Source: Felis catus (taxonomy: Eukaryota). Taken from it: a stretch of DNA of 64,000 nucleotides. The position numbers and the translations under genes are program-made. Of this stretch, positions 41,343 to 51,980 are shown piece after piece. The DNA lies in NCBI RefSeq assembly GCF_018350175.1, contig NC_058368.1, positions 106,766,001-106,830,000 on the forward strand. The letters run 5' to 3'. A model generated the notes under the pieces. It worked only from the letters and a program-made list of their open reading frames with translations. It ran no database searches and was not told the origin of the DNA. Every line of letters starts with the position of its first letter. Within the stretch, counting starts at the first letter, position 1.

Positions 41343-41791
41343 GTAAGTCACGTGACCCACCTGTAGTTAGTAAGAATAGTGAATGAAACTCAAGAAACTC
41401 ACATCTCCTTCTGCCCGTTGCATATTTATCCATCTCAACACTAGTGAAATACTTTCAGTATCTATAAAGCTTTCAGCATTTCATTCATTTTCACTGTTTA
41501 CTTTTATGTGTTTCACAGCTTGGTCATTTTGTTAATATAAATGCAATTATTTTTTATTGTGTTTGATTACAACAATGTTGAAGGATGTATGTGTTAGTTT
41601 CGCCAAAAAATGAATTTATTAAATTAAACACAGGTAAAATGACGACAAACAATAGCATAAATAGCATAAATAGGAGAACTTGCAGAGCTGATGAGTCCTT
41701 TCAGGTATAAAACATTGTCCCAGAAGAGTGACTGAGGATAATTTTTCCTTGTCATTTCAAGCATCATAAGTAAAATATTCTAATCGACATG

Positions 41792-42029
41792 TTATTTTAT
41801 TTTTAGTTTAGTTTAGTTTAGTTTTTAATGTTTATTTTTGAGAGAGAGAGACAGAGACAGAGTGTTAGTGGGGAAGGGGCAGAGAGAGAGGGAGACACAG
41901 AATTTGAAGCAGGCTCTGGGCTCTGAACTGTCAGCACAGAGCCTGACGCAAGGCTTGAGTTCATGAACTGTGAGATCATGACCTGAGCCAAAGTCAAATG
42001 TTTGACGGACTGAGTCACCCAGGCGCCCC
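41792..42029 (-). mobile_element. SINEC_Fc with (TTTAG)n tail
   Basis: Reverse consensus; degenerate TSD tctaat.ga.at. Confidence 0.93.
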
Positions 42030-42486
42030 TCTAATTGATATTTTAAAGATTAGTAAATATGTGGCTGTCTGAGTTGTTTAATGCGCTTCTTGAAGTTATA
42101 GGAATTTATTAGTTCACGTTTACATATCAAGATAATTGGTGTTGAAAAGTTAAATTTCTTGTGATTTCCATATCAAAATTATTGCTGTGGAAAAATACTT
42201 TCTGTGAAAGTATCTGAAGGAGATAGCTCTCATCTAAATGTATAATTGTAGTTAATCAAAAGATAACAGTTCAATAACTCACCTTATTTTCTACTTTTTA
42301 TTCTGTGAAGGGAATTAAATGTGAGATCTGAAACCTTGCCTCTGCAGAACATACATTTTTATTACGTTTAAAAAGAAACAACAACATAAAGGTTACTGGG
42401 AGTGAAATACTTAGTGAAATAAATGAAGTAATATAGAGTGCTAGTTTAAAAGCACATTGTTTTTAAAAATGGACACAATAGAAATA

Positions 42487-42487
<1 letters not shown>

Positions 42488-42521
<34 letters not shown>

Positions 42522-42745
42522 TGCTTATGTAAGGATGCAATTTGCAATGGTGAGGAGTGAGAAACCATGAAAATATTCATGAGGTGAGGAATGGTTACAA
42601 TGTAGCTGTTAAAAGAATAAGGTAGATATATATACATACAGACTGAAGAGATCTATAAGACATGTTGGTTAATACATAGGCACGTCAGAAAAATTGATAC
42701 TTTATGATACCATTTGACATTTACAAAAAAAAAGTTTTGAACACA

Positions 42746-42784
<39 letters not shown>
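42488..42784. repeat. Two (CA)n tracts (about 42488-42518 and 42741-42784) in an old L1 3'-end remnant
   Basis: Tracts read directly; intervening sequence is L1 3'UTR-like. Confidence 0.8.
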
Positions 42785-42785
<1 letters not shown>

Positions 42786-45177
42786 GTATATATTCCTAAA
42801 TTCATAGAAAATGGCTTGAAAATATAAACTCCAAACTGTATTTAATAGTTAGCTCTTGGAAGGGAAATAGGTTTGATGGATGAAAGCAGGGGAGCTGAGG
42901 ATAAATACGACTTTTTCCTAGACATCTTTGATTTTGTTTGTCATGAGCATGTAATCATTTATTACTTCTCTGAGATCTTTAACTAAAAAAATGTAACATT
43001 TTTAAAATACAGAGTATTTTTAAGGCTAGCAATGTTTTATCACTAGATGTAATCAATAAGGAAATAGTTTCTTGAAAGGGAATTTCTGTGAATTATCAGC
43101 CAGTTGTTTACAGACTGTGTCAGATGTTTTTCTGTGAGTTTATACGGAGTGTCTGAATTTGGGTTGGTTTTATTTTTTTTTAAGTTATACACCAAAGTAC
43201 AATAATATGTGCATACTGGGCAAGCCTCATGGTATTATGCTGTATAATTTATAGCTGGCATCATAAAACTCTGCACCAGCAATAATTTTTATCATCCCTG
43301 AAACACAAAAACAGTAATAAACAGAGATAACCAAACATTTAGCCATTACTTCTTCAAACTTCACACAGACCATTCATCTCATTTAGTTCTGCTTTAGCAA
43401 TATAAAAATCTCTTCATTTTTATAAACTGATGTCCTATACATTTCTCTACCATTGTTTTTTCTTCTGATACTTATGAGAATAATTTGCATTCTTGAATTC
43501 TCTAAAATAAATGTATTCTTGTAACAATCAAATTTATAATTGCTCATCCAAAGGAAAATGTTTTATTTCCCTCTAATTGTGCTAACAATATCTGTTAGTG
43601 GTTCTGCAATGCTTTGTGTATTGAAATAACTAATGAACTTCTCAGTTCCTGAGGCCATGTGGGCTTCTTCAAATAGCCATCTGTCCCAGCTTTTGTAGGA
43701 GCCATCATGAAAATAGCTTCCAACACTCTGCAGATGAGTGCTGAAGTGCTAAAATATTTGAATGCATCCAACCTCACACAAAACCCTGCTAGCTTTGTGC
43801 ATTGCAAACCAAGAAACAAAGCTAGGCATTTTTTTTTATAATTCATTACAAAATGTTGTATTTTTTTAATAATGTGTACAGTGTAGTGATGTGAACCTAG
43901 CTGTATAACTAGTTCATCCAAGAGTATATAATTAAGTCTGAAGGTGTGTACAGAATTTTATGATTTAAAATAATTGGAAAGATGGGAATTTATCTACTAT
44001 TTATACTCAGCATTTTCCAAATTAAAAACAGCCTGTTTTCTTTCTTCTCCTTTTCTCTTTATACTACTATCATCTGTGTTTACATTTACATTGAACAGAT
44101 GTTAAAGAGTTGATAAATGATTTGGCAAAAACCAAGACATGTATGTTTTTTCACTGACAATACTTACTAGGAACTTGGGGAGGGGAAAGGAAAGTTGAAT
44201 AAAAATTTAGTAAAATTTTAACCCGTTTTGAAGAATTCTACATAATATATTTTGTTTATTTACTTTCTTAAATTGAGCCTCTTGAAATGACCATCATCAT
44301 CCTTTGTTGAAAATATAAAGACTGTAATATCCTTACAATCAAATTTGCATATTTAGAGAGTTTATTGGCTTCTTTCCCCCTCTGGTCTCCTCAGTCTCTG
44401 TAGAAGATTTGATTAGAGAATGATGTTCCCTTTGACATCATCACAGACCTCTTCCAATCAGATGTTTTCATGAACTTCCTAGACATATGTCCACATAGAA
44501 ATTTGATAGAATGGAACTACAGGCAATTTTTTAGGTCATGTATTGTGCCAGAAATATCCTTTATTATATATTTCCTTAGCATTTTCATAAATCAGACTGA
44601 ATTAGTAGACATGACAAATTTTGAGCTTTTTAAGCCATGCATAGCATCTTCTTTTGAGGCTAAAAAATACGAATAAAGCAAAATATGCTGCAAGAAAATA
44701 TATGAAAAGCATCATTAGGATCATTTTAATGTATAAACCAAATGGAATATATTATATAATGATTTAAACAAAACATTCAACACTTTCCTCTGTGTTGAAA
44801 AACAGCATCACCTAGAAGACACAAAGGCAGTTTCTCCATAGTTTCATCCAGAGTGTTGGTTCTCTGCAAGGTGATGAACTTTAAATATTATGCAATTCTT
44901 TCTTCAGATTTCACCGATTTGTGTTATGCAAATGTAGCTTCCATATCTGTTTCCATTTGTCTTCATCTGCCCAGTGTGGTCTAGGTTAAATGATGTACAA
45001 GTCCAGATGCTGGTCTTTCCCAGCAGAGTTTCAGTCTGCTGTGAACCTGAGCCCAGCCTTTCAATGCCAGTGTGCTGCTAAGTGAGCAAGGAGCTATGGG
45101 ATGCCCTATAGGAAAATAAACACCCTTCAAGTAGGCCAAAACAATTGGACCAATTGAAATTTGACACCTTTCACTCT

Positions 45178-45181
<4 letters not shown>

Positions 45182-45210
<29 letters not shown>
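45182..45210. repeat. (TG)n microsatellite
   Basis: Read directly. Confidence 0.95.
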
Positions 45211-45214
<4 letters not shown>

Positions 45215-45424
45215 GGGCAGTACATTGTTAAATCTTTAAAGCCAGTAAATTGTTTAAAAGAATGTTTTCCCCCTTCTGCAATTTTCAGACTCTGTATTCA
45301 CCCAAAATCTCAATTTAATGACAATCTTCATACAAAATCTCAATGTAATGTGCCTATCAATACACTATTAGTTGTTGAGATTTTTTTTTTTTTTGAGCAT
45401 AGATTTAAAAATTCTTGAGTCTAA

Positions 45425-45728
45425 TGGTGCCTGGGTGACTCAGTCAGTTGAGCGTCTGACTTCAGCTTAGGTCATTATCTCACAGCTCCTGAGTTCAAAT
45501 CCCATGTGGGGCTGGCGCCTGGGTGGCTCATTTGGTTGAGCATTTGACCTCAACTCAGGTGATGACCTATCAGCTCCTGAGTTCCAGCCCCACATTGGGC
45601 TCTGTGCTGACAACTCAGAGCCTGGAGCCCATTTCTGATTCTGTCTGCCTCTCTCTCTGTGCCTCCCCCACTCACACTCAGTCTCTGTCTCTCTCAAAAA
45701 TAAATAAACATTAAAAAAAAATTAAACA
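45425..45728 (+). mobile_element. SINE with two tandem tRNA-like heads
   Basis: Head 1 about 45425-45511, head 2 from about 45513, one body and tail; single TSD TCTTGAGTCTAA at 45413-45424 and 45729-45740. Confidence 0.9.
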
Positions 45729-47178
45729 TCTTGAGTCTAAAAGAGGCTGAATTTAAAAACTGACATTATCGGGAAAAAAAATCTACGGGAACTAATTGTG
45801 TTATTGCATAGAAAAGCATTGACTGGGCTCACACAAATATACAGTTTTCTGAATTCTCTTTTCTAAAAACATCACTTAAAAACATATTCTCAAAATAAAT
45901 TTTAAAGAAATATGGATAAGATCAGGATGAATAAAATTTTGGTTAGATTTCTGGAAACTTACTAACATGTTAATATAATGGTATATACAATTTATCAGTA
46001 TCATAGTTAATTATTGTTAATCTTTACTAAGTCCTTAGTGTGGGCTGTGCATTATGCGTAGTGCTTCATTCTACTCCTGCAAAATCTGTTAAGTAAATAT
46101 GATTATTCACATTTTGAATTCGGAAACTTAAAGATTAGAGTGTTTCTGCAATTTCTGCAAAATCCCGTATAAAATCATGTTGCCATTAAGTTCGAAGGAT
46201 CAGCTTGCTCAACCCCCATCATTATACAGTCATTAATCTAAATTTTGCCAATATTAACTTACTGTTCTCAACATGATTTTGTTCAAGTAATTTTACTTTT
46301 AACATGTTTGCTGGGACCATCATATATCTGATTTTTCAGAAATAAGGAGGAATTATTATAATTTATCTTCCAAGTCCTAGCAACCATTCCTCAGTGACCA
46401 CAGAAACTGCCTCTTTTGCTGCCTTTGTTTAAAGCAAATGAAAATGTAAATATAAACAAGAGAATGAGTACATTCCTTTCTCTTCTTTCATGGTTATCTT
46501 TCTCAGTTAACAGATACAAAATAAGCTGCCGAATAATTGGAAGGAAATGACAGAATTTCCAAGCATCCTATTACCTAAGTCATTCAAGTAAACCACTTTC
46601 AAAAGAAAACTTGCTGTTAATGTTAATGCTTAGATTTGATGGGAACTCTTTCAGAAAAAGGAAAGTGCTAAAATTAAGTCATACTTTTAAAAATTTTAAT
46701 TATAAGGGGAAGAAAATCACTGGGTCTTCACATCTCAGTTGCTAAGTTTGCTGAAATGTCTGTTCCACTCCAGTTATGGAAGAACATTCATGTGCTATTT
46801 TCCATTCCTATATATGACTCTATGCTTTCGTGGTTTGTCCCTCTTAAATTGTTCTGTTTCTTAGAATGTGTTGGTTTTTCTTTCCTGGCTGTGCCACCTC
46901 AAGTTCCCTCTTTACCCCCTCTCCTTATGATATAAGGACTGAAATCTCAGGGCTGTGTTGCAAATATCTGTGGGCTGTTTTCACAAGACTGTATGAGAAT
47001 GGACCATTGTATTGCTATTGACAAGAAGCAAGTGCCAACTTATTTTTTGGTCTTTTTCAATCCACATGTTTGGGGCTTTAGTAGACCTGATTTAATCACA
47101 ATTCCAGTGACTGTAGGCCAGTGAATGATTTTCCGTTGTGCCCTGATTTGTTCACCTAAGACATAACTTTTGGAATAG

Positions 47179-47309
47179 TGGTGTAAGGCTGGAGAATGTA
47201 CCACCAGGACCTCAGCACCTGGACATGTGGCCGGAGAGTGGAGCATGTGGAGTCCCTGTAGCCGAACCTGCAGTTCTGGGATCAGCAGTCGAGAGCGCAA
47301 ATGTCCTGG
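47179..47309 (+). CDS. ADAMTS19: ADAMTS19 exon, end of disintegrin-like domain and start of central TSP1 repeat (WCKAGECTTRTSAPGHVAGEWSMWSPCSRTCSSGISSRERKCPG)
   Basis: aatag|T acceptor, GG|gtaaac donor; 131 nt, phase 0 to 2; WxxWxxCSRTC..G..RER.C TSR motif. Confidence 0.95.
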
Positions 47310-48171
47310 GTAAACGCAAAGTTCCTGCATTGGGGGAGGGCATTTTATTCTTGAATTTTCAAATGCAAAGGTTTTCCTGACAAACGGTGTTGGAAGGCAG
47401 ACCTCAGACCCTACCCCACGCTGGAAAGCAGCAAAGTCCCTCAAAGTATTTATTTTATATAAAATCTCCCTTGTGAGAAGAAAATAAGACCAACCCTTCT
47501 ACTAACAAATAATTAAACATTACATGGGGTAGTTTCTTGAGTGAATCAAATAAACTGTTATGTTTAAAGGAGCAGGGAGACCTGCATTAGGAAAAGTAAG
47601 TCACCATTTAAGGGGACAGTGAGAAGGCGGGAAGATGGCAGGACTTCGGGAAAGGAGGGGAGAAGAACAAAATCAACGTCAATAGAAGTGAAATGTTGAA
47701 AACTCAAGACGTGCTGAGCACGTGTGCAGATGGGGAACCTTACAGGGTCCACTCGCTCAACCCCATCCTTCTAGAGTGATCCCAGGAAAGCATGCAAGAA
47801 AATCATTTCAGCTCTGTACTTTTACCGTTAGTTTGGGCTCAGTGGCCCAATGCCTTCACAAGCAGTTTTATAGAAAGTATGTGAAAACGTTACAACCAAA
47901 CTCCTTTGAGGGAATCCCAGGCTTTCTATTTTGCCCCCAGCCTCTGCCCTTTACTCTTCTGTATCATAGTCATGGCAAGTTAAGTGGCAAGGTTTTAATA
48001 AGCATATGGATTTCCTGCTATTAGCGATCACTTAACATGTCCACATTTTCAAAAGTAGATGATCTAATATAAAGGATTATACCTTATTAACTTAATGCCT
48101 TTTAATTTTTTTGAAGTGAGGGTTAACGTAAAAAAAAAGATAAAATTGATTATTTGTACTATTTTTTCTAG

Positions 48172-48344
48172 GCTAGGTTCTGAAGCAAGGGATTGTAATG
48201 GTCCCAGAAAACAATACAGAATATGTGAGAATCCACCTTGTCCTGCAGGTTTGCCTGGATTCAGAGACTGGCAATGTCAGGCCTATAGTGTTAGAACTTC
48301 ATACCCAAAGCATGGTCTTCAGTGGCAAGCTGTCATGGATGAAG
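48172..48344 (+). CDS. ADAMTS19: ADAMTS19 exon, end of TSP1 and start of cysteine-rich domain (LGSEARDCNGPRKQYRICENPPCPAGLPGFRDWQCQAYSVRTSYPKHGLQWQAVMDE)
   Basis: ttttctag|G acceptor, AAG|gtatga donor; 173 nt, phase 2 to 1; FR..QC motif. Confidence 0.95.
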
Positions 48345-48569
48345 GTATGAGTAACCAGGTCACCGCCATCTTAGTTACGCAGACTTCTGGATTTGCAGGG
48401 TGCTTTACTCATGGTTATTTTGCACATTTTACAGATTATATTCTAAGTATTTCAGAGCTCTCCTTTTCCAACCTGTATTTAATACATATAACAATCACAA
48501 GCACTGACTACAAGTATTTATTTTAATGTGGTGTATATTATTGCATACCAATTAGATTAACTTCAATTT

Positions 48570-49345
48570 TAAAAGAGTGGTAATATGAAATGCTGGTGAG
48601 GATGAGGGGAAATTGTATCTTCTACGTTGCTGATAGGAATGCAAATCGTACAGCCACTCTGAAAAATAGCTTGGTGGTTTCTTCAATAATTAAGCATACA
48701 GTTATCATACAACTTAGAAAACACAATCCTGGGCATTTTCCCCAGAGAAATAAAAATTTACAACCTTAAAAAAAATCCCATACACAAATGTTTGTAGCAG
48801 CTTTATTTTTGATAGCTAAAACCTGGAAACAACCAAAAAAGTCCTGAGACCCTGAATTGTCAGACACACTGAGGTACATCCACACCATGGGATACTCTGA
48901 AGCAATAAGAGGAACTATGGATATGAAGCAACTTGGTGGGCTTCAGAGCATTATGCTAAGTGAAAAGAGCCAATGTCGAAACTTCACATATTCTGTGATT
49001 CCACCTATGTAACATTCTCGAAATGATAAAACTGCAGGGATAGAAAACAGATTAAAGGTTGCCAGGAGTTAGGGATGAAGGCGGGGAGAGGAATGGGTGC
49101 TATTACCTAGGGGTAACATAAAGTAGAAGTTTGTGCTGGTAAAATACTTACAGATATTGATTGTGGTGGTGGTTGTAAAATCTATGCATGTGATCAGTGA
49201 AGTATACACATACATGTACTGATGTCAGTTTCCTGGGTTTGCTATTGTACTCTAGTTATGAAAGTGTAGCCATTGGGGTTAACTGGGGAAAAGGTACATG
49301 AGACCTCTCTGTACTATTTTTGCAACTGTCCTTTAAACTTATTAC
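48570..49345 (+). mobile_element. LINE-1 3' end (L1MB/L1MC-like)
   Basis: aatgctggtgaggatg..gtacagccactctg.aaaa.ag.ttgg..gtttctt, gcagctttatt..t.atagc.aaaa.ctggaaacaacc, ctctgtactatttttgcaact. Confidence 0.85.
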
Positions 49346-49361
49346 TTAAGAAGATAGTTCT

Positions 49362-49571
49362 GGAGCACCTGGGTGGCTTAGTTGGTTGAGCCTCCGACTC
49401 TTGATTTCAGCTCAGGTCATGATCCCAAGGTCATGGGGTTGAGCCCCGCGTGTGGCTCTGCGCTGAGCATGGAGCCTGCTTGGGATTCTTTCTCTCTCCC
49501 TCTGCCCCTCAACCCCACTAGAGCACTCTCCCTCTATAAAATAATAAACAAACAAACAAACAAACAAACAA
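49362..49571 (+). mobile_element. Older Can-SINE with (AAAC)n tail
   Basis: SINE consensus. Confidence 0.9.
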
Positions 49572-49574
49572 CTA

Positions 49575-49705
49575 GGGAAGCTGGGTGGCTCAGTCAAAAT
49601 AGGTGTCCAACTTCAGCTCAGGTCATGACATTGCAGTTCATGGGTTTGAGCCCTGCTCTGGGCTCTGTGTTCACAGCTCCCTCTCTCTCTGTCTTTTCCC
49701 CACTA

Positions 49706-49754
<49 letters not shown>

Positions 49755-49830
49755 AGTAAACATTAAAGAAGTTTTAAATAAAAACATTTAAAACTTAAGA
49801 TAAATAAATAAAATATTTTTTTTAAAAAAA
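49575..49830 (+). mobile_element. Second SINE, in tandem, in the tail of the previous one
   Basis: Internally deleted head/body, (CT)n, A-rich tail. Confidence 0.85.
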
Positions 49831-50467
49831 AGAAGCAATAGTTCTTGCCCGTGGTCGGTGAGCTCTGGATTTGAGCTACAGTTACCAAATATGGTTGTGA
49901 ATTCTGTCACTTAACTGACCGTCAGTGTTTCTTGTCCTTATTTCTCCCCTTAGTCAGTTTGGACTGTGCTTTTCCATCATTTCAGTAACCCTCCTATCAA
50001 CAGCCTGAATTCCGTTGTTCATCAATTTCAGTGCACCCATCTGACAAAACCCTTCTCTCAGGATCAGCTTCTGAGCATACAAGCACTAATGGAAACAGCC
50101 AAACAACAAGGCAGATCACTCCACGACAGACAGTAGTGTTCTGTGTTTGGTAGCAGGAGGATGAGGAGGTAATCTGCTCCCTTCTCTTGCCTCATGTCTC
50201 ATCTAGAACCTTGCGCCCTGTCACTCTCAACTCCAGATCCTGTTCTTGTTTTCCTGCCTCAAACATGTCATGCTCTCTTTGCCATGATGGCCTCCAATCC
50301 TACTGCTTCCTCAGGTGAGAGGAAGTTACAGCACAATCTTCTGTTCACGCTGCCCTCTTAATAAATGGTGATTGCCTCCTTCTAGATGCTTAGACAAAAC
50401 ATTGGAGTCGTCATTTTTTTCTTTTCTTTTACTCTATGCTCAAAATATCAGTAAGGTCACATGAGCC

Positions 50468-50834
50468 TCATTTTTTCTAATTCTAGTGTCGTTAACGTAC
50501 AGTGTTATATTAATTTCAGGTGTATGATACAGTGCTTCAGCATTTCTATATATTACTCAGGTTCATCAAGTTAAATGTACTCTTAATCCCCTTCACCTGT
50601 TTCATCCATGTTCCCACCACCTCCCCTCCAGCAACCATCAGTTCTGTATAGTTAAGCGTCTCTTTTGTGGTTTGTCTCTTTTTTTTTATTTGTTCATTCA
50701 TTTTGTTTCTTAAATTCCACATTTGAGTGAAATTGTATAGGATTTGTCTTTCTGTGACTCATTTCACTTAGCATTATATTCTCTAGATCTGTCTATTTTG
50801 TTGCAAATGGCAAGATTTCATTATTTTTATGGCT
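50468..50834 (-). mobile_element. 5'-truncated carnivore LINE-1 3' end
   Basis: acagtgttatatta.tttcaggtgta, ttgtttcttaaattccacat.tgagtgaaat, gttgcaaatggcaagatttcatt..tttttatggct; candidate TSD ATGAGCC at 50461-50467 and 50835-50841. Confidence 0.85.
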
Positions 50835-51404
50835 ATGAGCCCTACCTTTAAAATACATCCAGAGTCTTATCATTTCCAAACATCACCAGAACTCCAACCC
50901 TGGCACAAGCCACTGTCTCTCTCCCCGTGATTGCAGTAGCCCTCTAAATGGTCTTCATGCCTGTGCTCTCCTTCAGTCTCAAGAGCCAGAGTGATACATC
51001 TAAATTGTCAGTCATTTCCTGTTATTCTTCTATTCAAAACCCTCCAGTACCTTCCCAGCTCACTGAAAGCCCACATTCATTCCTTCTAAGGGCCTAGAAG
51101 GATCTCTGCTACCTGGCTTCCTCTGACCCTCTGACCTCATCCCTTCTGTTTCCCATCACACTTCCACCCATACTGGCTCACTTGCTCTGCCTAGAATAGG
51201 TCCTAGTGTCTTGAAAACCCCCGCTTTCCCTGCTGTAACACCATCTCCAGGTATCTGTGTACTTCATTCTCTCACCTCCTTTAGGTTTTTTGTAAAATAA
51301 TAACTCAATCCCTTTCCTTTCCTTGCTTTATTCTTTTTTCACAGAACTCACCATCATCTGCCATAATACTTTTCCATTTTGTGTATTTAAAAAAATTTTT
51401 TTTA

Positions 51405-51780
51405 GGGGCGCCTGGGTGGCGCAGTCGGTTAAGCGTCCGACTTCAGCCAGGTCACGATCTCACGGTCCGTTAAATGTACTCTTAATCCCCTTCACCTGTT
51501 TCATCCATGTTCCCACCACCTCCCCTCCAGCAACCATCAGTTCTGTATAGTTAAGCGTCTCTTTTGTGGTTTGTCTTTTTTTTTCATTTGTTCATTCATT
51601 TTGTTTCTTAAATTCCACATTTGAGTGAGCCCCGCGTCAGGCTCTGGGCTGATGGCTCGGAGCCCGGAGCCTGTTTCCGATTCTGTCTCTCCCTCTCTCT
51701 CGATGCCCCTCCCCCGTTCATGCTCTGTCTCTCTCTGCCCCAAAAATAAATAAAAAACGTTGAAAAAAATTAAAAAAAAA
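51405..51780 (+). mobile_element. Young SINEC_Fc interrupted by a 160-bp foreign insert
   Basis: Head 51405-51470, insert, body resumes at gagccccgcgtc about 51627; approximate TSD A7T8A / A9T9A. Confidence 0.93.
51469..51628 (+). repeat. Direct near-perfect duplicate of 50570-50730
   Basis: Identical except around one T-run (gtcTC-T9-attt vs gtc-T9-Cattt). Confidence 0.97.
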
Positions 51781-51980
51781 TTTTTTTTTAGTTTTTATAT
51801 TTTTTGAGAGCAAAAGAGAGTGAGCAGAGGAGGGGCAGAGAGAAAGGGAGAGAGATCCCAAGCAAGCTCCACAGTGTCTACACCGAGCCTGATGCAGGGC
51901 TCAAACTCTATCCATGAGCTCGTGACTTGAGCTGAAATCAAGAGTCGGTTGCTTAACCGACTGAGCCACCCAGGCACCCC
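51781..51980 (-). mobile_element. Older Can-SINE, tail-to-tail with the previous SINE
   Basis: Reverse consensus ending cccaggcacccc. Confidence 0.92.

Noticed and set aside
47040..47444. 134-aa antisense ORF over the TSP1 exon (also 41245-41433)
   Set aside because: Shadow of coding-strand composition; no recognisable domain or other support.
48166..48177. Second AG (ctag) 5 nt inside the exon acceptor
   Set aside because: It follows from the Leu-Gly codons; the first AG after the T tract is favoured and nothing suggests use.
48095..48526. 143-aa ORF, and likewise 26975-27157 and 59939-60202
   Set aside because: Real ADAMTS19 exons read through into introns; not standalone genes.
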